Shown here piece by piece: positions 21,979 to 30,807 of a DNA stretch of 64,000 bases. The stretch is from Spirochaetia bacterium (lineage in GTDB: Bacteria > Spirochaetota > Spirochaetia > DSM-2461): assembly GCA_963666985.2 (NCBI GenBank), contig CAXXIA010000002.1, positions 1,792,001 to 1,856,000 on the forward strand, written 5' to 3'. The position numbers were made by a program, and so were the translations under genes. The notes under the pieces were generated by a model. That model saw only the letters and a list, made by a program, of their open reading frames with translations, made no database searches and had not been told where the DNA came from. Numbering within the stretch: the stretch's first letter is position 1; each line of letters begins with the position of its first letter.

Positions 21979-22447
21979 CGCCCAAAACCGGAAAAACTAA
22001 ATCGGTGAAATCCGGAAATGTTTCGTCGGTGTTGACATCTGGTAGATCTCGAGAATCTTTTTTGGCCCCCAGCTGGAGTTGTGCAACGTCTTGATCCGGA
22101 TAATACCGCATATAACGTCTTCAGGCGTTTGGTTGGGGCTGCTGCGAGGTCTACGGGGTCGTTCCTTCAACCCGGCGAGCCCTTCCTGGATAAACCGGTT
22201 TTTCCATTTAAGGCCTGTCGGCCGGGAGATCCCGTACTCAGCACAGAGGTCTTTCATACAGACATGGGGATCCATGGCCTTGAGGGCGAACTCGAATTTG
22301 ACGTCCATAATATTGGTCTCCTTCCACGGCATAACCAGCACCTCGATAAGGGAAAGTGCTGATCATTTTAGTTCTTGTCGTGTAAAGGATGTCCTGGTAC
22401 TCTCGTGTAAACGATGTCCTGAACCCGTACCAAACAGGAATGAAGAA

Positions 22448-22975
22448 ATGAGTCCAGAAACGATTGCATTTATCTCACTAATTGTCGCATTTATTTCGGT
22501 TCTAATTTCTATTAGGGGTAATAGAATTGCACGGAAGAGCCTCTCGCTTTCACAAAAGCAAGATGAAGACTTAAATCGTGAAATTGTAGGATACCTTATT
22601 GATGGTATTCGTTGGAACTCAAATAAAAATAGCTACATTTCATTTGCTGTTTCTTACACAAACACGGCAACTGCTAAGAATACATTTACTAATTTCATGC
22701 TTGAAATAGAATTTTATGATGAGCAGAAGAAATTTGGGAAAATAAAATTAGATCCAAAAAGAAAAGAAATCCCCAACCAAATTTCTGAAAAATTGTCTGA
22801 GATGGAACTACCTATCAATATCGGAGATCGTGAAACGATATCTGGTTGGATAACTTTTCAATTACCAACAATGACTGGTTTAAATATTGAGCAATATAAA
22901 ATTCTAGCAGAAACAGCAAATCATCAAATAGTTGAAATTGACTCTATTCTTGTTTCGAAAGTGGTGGAGAGATGA
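22448..22975 (+). CDS. Hypothetical protein with N-terminal TM anchor and beta-rich domain
   Basis: ATG 22448 (MSPETIAFISLIVAF); the longer track ORF runs into the IS end. Confidence 0.7.
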   Translation: MSPETIAFISLIVAFISVLISIRGNRIARKSLSLSQKQDEDLNREIVGYLIDGIRWNSNKNSYISFAVSYTNTATAKNTFTNFMLEIEFYDEQKKFGKIKLDPKRKEIPNQISEKLSEMELPINIGDRETISGWITFQLPTMTGLNIEQYKILAETANHQIVEIDSILVSKVVER

Positions 22976-23517
22976 GTGAAGAAATGCATTTGTCAATAAT
23001 TGCCGATGGAGCTATTGCTTCAACACAAATTGGTGATGGACGACTTATTCCAGTGCTAATTCTAGAGTGCAATGAAGGAAATAACTTTAAAAGGCTAGTT
23101 GAAATTCAAGAATCGACGAAAACAGGTGATGCAATTGTACGATGGGGATATCAATTACATAGTAAAAGGTATGTACGACTAAATGTATCTTTCTCAAAGC
23201 CAATGGAAATCGAGATCAATATAACTTTTGATCTTAGAAAATACGCTATGGTTGTTGATGGTATTCAAATTGTCAAATCAGTTTATTTACAGCCAGGACA
23301 AATGGGAGATCGTGTATCTTCAACGATGGATCACCCAAAGATTGTCATTGAAATACCCGAAAAAACAAGACTTGCAAATTGGGACTTAATTGTTCTTAGC
23401 AATATAAAAAGGAGGTTAAGAAAGAAAATTAGTTCAAGAAAGTCTCTAAAGAAGGCAGCTCGCGATCATTTGGAAAAGGGACGCGAAGTCTTTTTGAAAA
23501 GAATGGCGGTTGAATAG
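22972..23517 (+). CDS. Hypothetical protein
   Basis: 181 aa; ATGA overlap with upstream gene; ends just before attC. Confidence 0.75.
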   Translation: MSEEMHLSIIADGAIASTQIGDGRLIPVLILECNEGNNFKRLVEIQESTKTGDAIVRWGYQLHSKRYVRLNVSFSKPMEIEINITFDLRKYAMVVDGIQIVKSVYLQPGQMGDRVSSTMDHPKIVIEIPEKTRLANWDLIVLSNIKRRLRKKISSRKSLKKAARDHLEKGREVFLKRMAVE

Positions 23518-23525
23518 TTTATTTC

Positions 23526-23733
23526 ATTTAACAGCTGTTGATGCGCTCCGGCGATAATCAGGGATTATCGCCTCCGGGCCTTCGGCCAAATTTGCCTCTG
23601 TCATAGATTTTGCGTAAGGCTGCTGTTGTGGTAAGATGAGTTGTAGTTTGCGGTTGAGGTTGTGAAGAATCGCAAAATCTCCGCCAGTCGCTTGAGCGAA
23701 CGGCAAACTTCGCATACCAGCGGGCCGTTTGGC
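23526..23733 (+). repeat. attC site 14
   Basis: Conserved attC arms. Confidence 0.9.
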
Positions 23734-23763
23734 GAACTTGCTCAAAAGAAAAATATTTTCATA

Positions 23764-23796
23764 TTGAAAGGTAGTACTTATGTATAGTACTATAAT
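23764..23796 (+). promoter_or_regulatory. hicAB promoter/operator
   Basis: TTGAAA-18-TACTAT; TAGTACT-7-AGTACTA palindrome. Confidence 0.55.
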
Positions 23797-23799
23797 TTT

Positions 23800-24057
23800 G
23801 TGACGAGTAAGAACCGAAAGACACTCGAGGCCATTTTCCAACGACCAACATCATCGAATATCAAATGGAAGGACATCGAGACCCTTTTTCTTTCTCTCGG
23901 TGGGGAAATCTCCGAAGGCTCGGGTTCTCGCGTACGAGTAAAACTCAATGGAGAAAGAGCTGTCTTTCATCGGCCTCATCCTCAGCCAACGACGGATAAA
24001 GGGGCGGTTGAGTCTGTAAAAAGATTTTTGAAGAACGCAGGAGTCAAAGATGCTTGA
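23800..24057 (+). CDS. hicA: HicA toxin
   Basis: EGSGSRVR and FHRPHP motifs. Confidence 0.92.
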   Translation: MTSKNRKTLEAIFQRPTSSNIKWKDIETLFLSLGGEISEGSGSRVRVKLNGERAVFHRPHPQPTTDKGAVESVKRFLKNAGVKDA

Positions 24058-24385
24058 GTATAAAGGTTATATAGGAACAGTCACATTGGATTCAGACGCT
24101 CATATCTTTCATGGCGATGTCATTAATACTCGAGATGTTATTACCTTTCAAGGTCGGTCAATCGATGAATTGGAGCAGGCTTTTCATGGTTCGATCGATG
24201 ACTATCTGGAATGGTGCAAGGAAGATGGTTTGGAACCGGAAAAACCATACTCTGGTCGATTCAATTTACGTATTTCTCCTGAACTTCACAGAGAGGTGGC
24301 CATTCAAGCCAAAAAGGAAAAAATGTCAATTAACAGCTTCGTGGAAAAAGCTGTTAAGGACGAATTGTCTCTGAGTCACTCATAA
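24050..24385 (+). CDS. hicB: HicB antitoxin
   Basis: MLEYKGY...PEKPYSGRFNLR. Confidence 0.92.
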   Translation: MLEYKGYIGTVTLDSDAHIFHGDVINTRDVITFQGRSIDELEQAFHGSIDDYLEWCKEDGLEPEKPYSGRFNLRISPELHREVAIQAKKEKMSINSFVEKAVKDELSLSHS

Positions 24386-24386
24386 G

Positions 24387-24803
24387 ATGTTTAATCTGAC
24401 ACAGAAAGCAGCAAAACATTTCAAAGAAGTATATTCATCACTAGAAGGGCGATCAGGAAATTTCTGGCGTTTGGATACTGTATATATTAATCACAGAAAA
24501 ATATTAATGTGTGTACATGAACCGACTTTGTTTACTCATTTATTTTATGGAACCGAATATAAAACGTATGAACCAATAGTCAGAAAATTAAAGGATTATC
24601 ATCCTTGGTTTATGGATGGGTTCAGTGTTGGAAAGGGACTGAATAGAAGAGTTGGTGGTTCAATGACGGATATGAAAATTTCAATGAAATACTATTCAGA
24701 AAAAACACTTAAAGAACTCGAGGAAGAAATTAATCAAACGCCTTATTCATATCTTGAACATGGAGTTCCAGAATCTGAGCTTCAGGAATTTGTATTAAGA
24801 TAA
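24387..24803 (+). CDS. Hypothetical protein (DUF6933-like)
   Basis: W....INHRK, NRRVGGSMTD and INQTPYS pattern; starts 1 bp after hicB. Confidence 0.6.
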   Translation: MFNLTQKAAKHFKEVYSSLEGRSGNFWRLDTVYINHRKILMCVHEPTLFTHLFYGTEYKTYEPIVRKLKDYHPWFMDGFSVGKGLNRRVGGSMTDMKISMKYYSEKTLKELEEEINQTPYSYLEHGVPESELQEFVLR

Positions 24804-24814
24804 AAAGCAAGTTC

Positions 24815-25022
24815 GCCAAACAGCTGTTGATGCGCTCCGGCCGCTAAAAGTGTTTAGCGGCCTCCGGGGCTACGCCCAAATTTGCCTCTGTCATAGATTT
24901 TGCGTATGTCTGACGTTGTGGTAAGATGAGTTGCAGTTAGCGGTTAAGGTTGTGAAGAATCGCAAAATCTCCGCCAGTCGCTTTGCGAACGGCAAACTTC
25001 GCATACCAGCGGACCGTTTAAT
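24815..25022 (+). repeat. attC site 15
   Basis: Conserved attC arms. Confidence 0.9.
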
Positions 25023-25088
25023 GAATATTCGATGTATTTATGAATGTTCTAAGGTGCAATATTAGTAGCAATTTCAGGAGCTAACTCT

Positions 25089-26309
25089 ATGACGAGTTTT
25101 ATAATATCCAACGCCGCGGACCCTTCTGAATCCTCTATAGAAATTTCCAAAGAGAGATATCTCGAGTACACAGATGAGTCGAGATTTGCTTCGCTTTTTT
25201 CTCTATCCGACGAGGCAATTGAATCCATAAAGAGTTGGCCATGTCTTATTACTACTGAGGGTCGTAGTTCTGAAATCATAAGATTGGTAAAAATCACATC
25301 GATCCTCGAAACCAATTCGGCGTTTCAAGTAGCTTTTCAAGTATTGCCATTAAAAAAACCACTTACTAACGGATTGGTATGGAAAGAAAGGCACCGTCTT
25401 GGTCTCGAAGAGTTCGAATTCAACCGGTATCATTGGACAATAAAAACAAGCAATATTTTCGAAGTGCTTCTCGATGAGAGCTTTGTTGGATCATCACAAA
25501 TAGAAGCGTTTCCAGAAATGGAAGTTCCTTCCCCAATACGATCAGATCTGATAGCCGCTAAGAATATTATTTCTGAATGGAGTCATACAGAAATAGATGA
25601 CTTCCTCTTAGAGGCCGGAGTTGTCGGTTTGAATGCAGATCGTTCCATCGGAAGTAGACATGATCGCGTAAACACTATTCTTCGATCAGTATTAAAAAAG
25701 CCATGGTTAAAAACAGCTGAGAACCGATTGTTTTCTAGCTTTATGATTGAAAAGGCGGGTGCTGGAGTAACAGATCAAAATCCAGAAGCGAATGACGAAC
25801 AACGGGTGCCTGACGAACCCGTAAAGGAATTGGGGCTAGATTTTCCGATATCGTCAGAAACACCAACAGCAGTTTCGACTCGAGTATTTGTTGTTCATGG
25901 GCGTAATGATGTCATTAGAAATCAAATAGTTACTTTCTTATCAGAAATAGGGCTAGATCCAATCGTTTTACACGAGCAGGCAAATATGGGCCGCCATTTG
26001 CTTACGAAGTTCATAGATGAAGCCGATTTAGCCTCTTTTGCCGTGGTCATAATGACAAACGATGATGAAGGTGGTCTTTTAGATGAAGGAAAGAAGCCAC
26101 GGGCACGTCAAAATGTAATATTTGAATTGGGATACTTCATCGCACACTTGGGCCAGAGGAAAGTCTGTGCGTTAATATCTCCAGGCCTTGAGACTCCTTC
26201 GGATTTCGATGGCATTGTATATGTTCCTATAGATGAGCAAGAAGATTGGAAAAAAACACTTCATCGTGAATTAGCTGCAGTAGGTATTCCCGTAAAGGTT
26301 CCTAAGTGA
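25089..26309 (+). CDS. Protein with C-terminal TIR-like nucleotide-binding domain (CAP12/PycTIR type)
   Basis: VFVVHGR, LHEQ, RARQNVIFELGYF and PSDFDGIVY motifs. Confidence 0.85.
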   Translation: MTSFIISNAADPSESSIEISKERYLEYTDESRFASLFSLSDEAIESIKSWPCLITTEGRSSEIIRLVKITSILETNSAFQVAFQVLPLKKPLTNGLVWKERHRLGLEEFEFNRYHWTIKTSNIFEVLLDESFVGSSQIEAFPEMEVPSPIRSDLIAAKNIISEWSHTEIDDFLLEAGVVGLNADRSIGSRHDRVNTILRSVLKKPWLKTAENRLFSSFMIEKAGAGVTDQNPEANDEQRVPDEPVKELGLDFPISSETPTAVSTRVFVVHGRNDVIRNQIVTFLSEIGLDPIVLHEQANMGRHLLTKFIDEADLASFAVVIMTNDDEGGLLDEGKKPRARQNVIFELGYFIAHLGQRKVCALISPGLETPSDFDGIVYVPIDEQEDWKKTLHRELAAVGIPVKVPK

Positions 26310-26333
26310 TTATTTATAGCAATCTGAATATTC

Positions 26334-26548
26334 ATTAAACAGCTGTTGATGCGCTCCGAATACATTTGCATGCAAATGTATTCTCCGGGGCTTCGCCCAA
26401 ATTTCGCTTTGGCGATGGTTCTTGCAGATGCGTTCCTAGAAGTTGTGTGATAGGCTCAAATGCGAACAGGTTTTCCGTTGAAGTGCAAGAACGCATGCCA
26501 ACCGGCTACGCCGGCCGCGAAACTTCGCATACCAGCGGAACGTTATGT
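26334..26548 (+). repeat. attC site 16
   Basis: Conserved attC arms. Confidence 0.9.
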
Positions 26549-26598
26549 GCTTTTTCGTTTTTCCAGTTAATAACATTAATTGCCATAAGGAGGGAGAA

Positions 26599-27051
26599 AT
26601 GGGCATCAATTATCAATTAAAAGCAGAAAAAGGCAAAATCGAAGATGAATTAAATTCCGCAATTAACAGGCTTATTTCTGGCTGCGAAAAGCTTGATATG
26701 GCTTTAGCCTTCGAAATCTTCTCAGATTCATCTGAGTTCTTGATGATGGGAACGGATGGAAGCCTTTGTGATTATCAGACTTACTTGAAAAACAATATCG
26801 ACTATTTATCCGGTTGTGAAAGTTTTAAGTTGATAACGTTTGATCGAAAAATACGAATCATAAACAGTGAGGTAGCTATCTTCTCATGGGCTTATGGGGT
26901 TGAGGCAAAATTAAGAACGGGAGATATTGATATTATTGATAATGCAGGAGCTTCTTTTGTCTTCCGAAAAATAGAGAATACATGGAAGGTTGTATATTAT
27001 CATGAGTCATCAGTACCTCCGAAAAGAAACTCTCCACCAAGAGAATCATGA
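26599..27051 (+). CDS. NTF2/SnoaL-like protein
   Basis: C-terminal FVFRK..TWKVVYYHES; RBS AGGAGG before ATG 26599. Confidence 0.8.
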   Translation: MGINYQLKAEKGKIEDELNSAINRLISGCEKLDMALAFEIFSDSSEFLMMGTDGSLCDYQTYLKNNIDYLSGCESFKLITFDRKIRIINSEVAIFSWAYGVEAKLRTGDIDIIDNAGASFVFRKIENTWKVVYYHESSVPPKRNSPPRES

Positions 27052-27550
27052 CGATTGAAATCCAAGTGTAAATAAGGGATTACACAGAACGTCTCGCAAG
27101 TATCGCTTTCTGTTGCTGTTTATAGTGATGTCGGAATCAGAATATATGGAAAATGAAATAGTAATAGATAAAAAATCCAGCCGGGCGATTTGGGCTCTAT
27201 AGTGGAATTGCATGGCAACTATTACAGCAAGCATTTTGGCTATAACATAACCTTTGAACCATATGTTGCTTTACCTCTTGCTAAGAAGAAAGCAAAAACT
27301 GCGCAGTTGAGATGGTTTATCCTTGATGGAAGTCTCCAAGGAAAAGGCATTGGAAATCAACTAATGAGATTTTCTATTGATTTTGCAAGAGAAAAAGGAT
27401 TTTACAAGCTGATTCTCTGGACGGTAAGGGATCTAAAAAGTGCGATTCATCTGTACGAAAAGAATCTTTTTTTTGCTTAAGAAAGAAGTTTCCCACAAGA
27501 TTTGGGGGGTGGAATTGACGGAACAACACTATGAATTGAAGTTGAAATAG
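27048..27550 (+). pseudogene. Frameshifted GNAT acetyltransferase remnant
   Basis: AQLRWF..QGKGIG..AIHLYEK fragment with broken 5' and 3' frames. Confidence 0.65.
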
Positions 27551-27616
27551 GGTTAATTCCGAATACTCTGTTTAAGAAGATGAACTCTCAATAAAGACAA
27601 ATATGAGGGAAAAAGC

Positions 27617-27824
27617 ACATAACAGCTGTTGATGCGCTCCGGCCGCTAAAAGTGTTTAGCGGCCTCCGGGGCTTCGCCCAAATTTGCCTCTGTCATAGAT
27701 TTTGCGTAAGTCTGTCTCTGTGGTATTATAAGTTGCAGTTAGCGATTGAGATTGTAAAATTTCGCAAAATCTCCGCCAGTCGCTACGCGAACGGCAAACT
27801 TCGCATAACAGCGGGCCGTTTGAT
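27617..27824 (+). repeat. attC site 17
   Basis: Conserved attC arms. Confidence 0.9.
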
Positions 27825-27842
27825 GAACTTTTCGCTTTGAAG

Positions 27843-29185
27843 TGAGCGACCAGGACATCCTTTACATTTTAGGTTCAGGACATCGTTTACACAAAACAAG
27901 CTTAAACGAAGCATTTGAATCCATCAACTGAAGGGAGAAAGGCATAGGTTTTCAAATCAATTTCTCCCAATCTGAGATTGTCAAACCATACGGTGAAGCT
28001 CTCATCCTCATTCTCCCGAAGTCCAACTTGGTATCCTGAAAAGACATAACTGACAAAGACTCTATGCCTGTCGATAGTAACGGCTCCCCGATTATTCACC
28101 ATTCTCACCAGATACCCGGCCGGGTAGATCACCTGAGGGATTCGAGGAGGGAAAGGCCGATTGGACTTTGTGTAAATACTTCCGGGAGTCTGCATTTTGA
28201 GAGCTTCATGCGGACGAACACTGTTGAATTGATTTCTCCAAACATCAAAGTGTGCCTGATGTTCTGAGAGGTTCCCTTGAATCTGTCCCTGCAATTCGCG
28301 TTTGATATCGGCATGCATTCTTTCATGCCCTCCGTTTTCACAAGGCCTTCCTGGAGTGATGCGATCAAGTTCAATTCCCAAGGCCAGCCACCAAACACTT
28401 AAGCGGGTGAGTCCGAGTAATCCCTTCATGGAAGCAAAGGGTGGTCCGTTATCGGAGCGGATTACCCGAGGGATTCCATAGAGAGAAAAGAGCTTTTCGA
28501 ACTCTGTTCTAACTTCTTGTGTGTCAGCCTTTTGGAGAGCTTTGATGGTGAAGATGTATTTGGAGTATTCATCCCGAACCGTCAGAGGTTCACACTTTTC
28601 ATTATCGGGAGTGTACCACCATCCTTTGAAGTCGACCGTCCAGATATCATTAGGGGCTTTGGCCTGCAGATGTGTTTGGATTCGGCTGCCTTTGGTCTGC
28701 TGCCGTTTCTTTCGATGATGAACCAGTCCTGCTTTATCAAGGATGCGTTTGACGGTGGTGAGGCTTGGGGGATTATTATGAGGATGGGTCTTCTGGTAGA
28801 TCTCGAGAATCTTTTTTGGCCCCCAGCTGGAGTTGTGCAACGTCTTGATCCGGATAATACCGCATATAACGTCTTCAGGCGTTTGGTTGGGGCTGCTGCG
28901 AGGTCTACGGGGTCGTTCCTTCAACCCGGCGAGCCCTTCCTGGATAAACCGGTTTTTCCATTTAAGGCCTGTCGGCCGGGAGATCCCGTACTCAGCACAG
29001 AGGTCTTTCATACAGACATGGGGATCCATGGCCTTGAGGGCGAACTCGAATTTGACGTCCATAATATTGGTCTCCTTCCACGGCATAACCAGCACCTCGA
29101 TAAGGGAAAGTGCTGATCATTTTAGTTCTTGTCGTGTAAAGGATGTCCTGGTACTCTCGTGTAAACGATGTCCTGAACCCGTACC
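27843..29185 (-). mobile_element. IS481-family copy 3
   Basis: 1343 bp; 3-bp duplication AAG. Confidence 0.9.
27902..29095 (-). CDS. IS481-family transposase
   Basis: Identical protein to 6334-7527. Confidence 0.93.
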   Translation of the reverse strand: MLVMPWKETNIMDVKFEFALKAMDPHVCMKDLCAEYGISRPTGLKWKNRFIQEGLAGLKERPRRPRSSPNQTPEDVICGIIRIKTLHNSSWGPKKILEIYQKTHPHNNPPSLTTVKRILDKAGLVHHRKKRQQTKGSRIQTHLQAKAPNDIWTVDFKGWWYTPDNEKCEPLTVRDEYSKYIFTIKALQKADTQEVRTEFEKLFSLYGIPRVIRSDNGPPFASMKGLLGLTRLSVWWLALGIELDRITPGRPCENGGHERMHADIKRELQGQIQGNLSEHQAHFDVWRNQFNSVRPHEALKMQTPGSIYTKSNRPFPPRIPQVIYPAGYLVRMVNNRGAVTIDRHRVFVSYVFSGYQVGLRENEDESFTVWFDNLRLGEIDLKTYAFLPSVDGFKCFV

Positions 29186-29269
29186 AAGTCGTTTTATCTT
29201 GTCTGAGTTAGAAGGAATGTTTTTCTTATTGTGAAAATGATATTTCTTATGCCAGCGAATCTATTCAAA

Positions 29270-29420
29270 TTATACGGTAATCATTTTTTGATTCTTTTTA
29301 AGAATCTTCGTTAAGGATTCTCCCCAGTATTTTACTTCAATTCCAACATCTTCAAGAAGAGCCGTAACTCCAAGTTGATCGGCGCAAGCCTTACACTCAG
29401 AAACCTTTGCACCATTCTTG
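29270..29420 (-). pseudogene. 3' fragment of a DsrE-family gene
   Basis: Translates KNGAKVSECKACADQLGVTALLEDVGIEVKYWGESLTKILKKNQKMITV* with no start. Confidence 0.5.
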
Positions 29421-29421
29421 C

Positions 29422-29802
29422 TCAATTGCTACCCGATAGAATCATATTAATAATTCCTTCTTCAGTTTCGGGTATATCATAATCTCCAGTGAGTTTCCCA
29501 GGATAGTGATACGCAATCCCCTCTTTCTCATTTCTTTCGAGACAATCTAAAAGCTGTTCAGTGCTATTTTTCTTAATAAATCTGGCAAATGCTCTTATTC
29601 GTATTTTATCCAGCATACTTCCATTACATGGAAATTCATCGCATTCCCAACAACCATTGAGTTCTCTTTCTTTGCAACAGCGAAGATTTTTACACCATTC
29701 CTTATTTGCACAACCATCGTTACGGCATCCAAGACAATCTGCATTCTCACTGCAAACAGCACAACCAAGACCGCAATATGCAATGCCTTTTTGTCTATCC
29801 AT
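29422..29802 (-). CDS. DUF3795 Cys-rich protein
   Basis: IAYCGLGCAVC, CLGC, CC....GCWECDEFPC motifs. Confidence 0.85.
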   Translation of the reverse strand: MDRQKGIAYCGLGCAVCSENADCLGCRNDGCANKEWCKNLRCCKERELNGCWECDEFPCNGSMLDKIRIRAFARFIKKNSTEQLLDCLERNEKEGIAYHYPGKLTGDYDIPETEEGIINMILSGSN

Positions 29803-29830
29803 ACACTTTATCTCTTTTAAGAAATCTGAA

Positions 29831-30157
29831 TTATCGTAATTGACGATTCAACAAAATATCTTCAACATTTCTGCGTCCGTCCATGACGGCCATAATAAAA
29901 ATCTTTTGCTGTTCTACCCGGTAAATCACTCGCCATGGAGAGATAATAATCTCACGATATCGATAAACATTCAGATCCTTCAATTCGGGAACAACGCGTC
30001 CGTGTTGTGGGAAATCAGTCAGTCTGGATACTTCGGTTTCGATTTCATCAAGAATCTTACGAGCAATGCTGATTGAGTCTATTTTGATATACTCAATGAT
30101 TTCAAAGAGATCTTCACGGGCAGTTTTGGTCCAGAAAATCCGAAACGATTTAGGCAT
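29831..30157 (-). CDS. RelE/ParE-family toxin
   Basis: AREDLFEIIEYI, FPQHGRVVPE, WRVIYRV and DGRR motifs. Confidence 0.9.
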   Translation of the reverse strand: MPKSFRIFWTKTAREDLFEIIEYIKIDSISIARKILDEIETEVSRLTDFPQHGRVVPELKDLNVYRYREIIISPWRVIYRVEQQKIFIMAVMDGRRNVEDILLNRQLR

Positions 30158-30425
30158 TTTCTAAAAGGTTCCGAGCGTCTTGAAAGACAGAGGCATGTTC
30201 TACAAGTTCGTTGTTTTCGGTATCTCTTTCGCCTGCAGCCATAAGTTTAAGAATCCCAAGGCTATTTCTCATATCTTGATAAGACTTTGTATCCATAAGG
30301 ACAGCTTTCGCTTCACCATTTTGAGTTATCACAATAGGGCTATGAGTTTCATTAACGCGTTTGAGCGTATCGGCGGCATGAGTCTTGATATATGAAATTG
30401 GCTTAATATCTTCCGAAACATTCAT
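30150..30425 (-). CDS. Phd/YefM-family antitoxin
   Basis: DIKPISYIK...PIVITQNGEAKAVL. Confidence 0.9.
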   Translation of the reverse strand: MNVSEDIKPISYIKTHAADTLKRVNETHSPIVITQNGEAKAVLMDTKSYQDMRNSLGILKLMAAGERDTENNELVEHASVFQDARNLLENA

Positions 30426-30509
30426 AGTGTTCTCCCAACCTATCTAGTCTTTATATGTTACTCTAAAAAGACTGGCGAGGCAATGTGAGAGTGTGAGTAG
30501 GAAAAGTTC

Positions 30510-30717
30510 ATCAAACAGCTGTTGATGCGCTCCGGCCGCTAAAGGTGTTTAACGGCCTTCGGGGCTTCGCCCAAATTTGCCTCTGTCACAGATTTTGCGA
30601 GAGGCTAGGGCTGTGGTAAGATGAATGGGAGTAAGCGGATGAGGTTGTGAAGAATCGCAAAATCTCCGCCAGTCGCTTCGCGAGCGGCAAACTTCGCATA
30701 CCAGCAGAACGTTAAGT
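30510..30717 (+). repeat. attC site 18
   Basis: Conserved attC arms. Confidence 0.9.
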
Positions 30718-30807
30718 GCAATTGCCCTGCCTCTTTTTTAAGAGGTAATAAATGGTGAAAAGCCGACATCCGTGTCGGCTAAGACAAAAATAAAAAGGAG
30801 ATACCAT

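Larger units (their letters stand above)
19841..22037 (+). mobile_element. IS21-family insertion sequence, copy 1
   Basis: TGTCAGCACCG...CGGTGTTGACA terminal IRs; 5-bp TSD TCTGG; 2197 bp. Confidence 0.93.
18946..22341 (-). pseudogene. IS481 transposase split by IS21 insertion
   Basis: N-terminal part ends at ...ILEIYQ; remainder lies left of 19841. Confidence 0.9.
18887..22431 (-). mobile_element. IS481-family copy 2, interrupted by an IS21-family element
   Basis: Same ends as copy 1; TSD AAAC. Confidence 0.9.
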
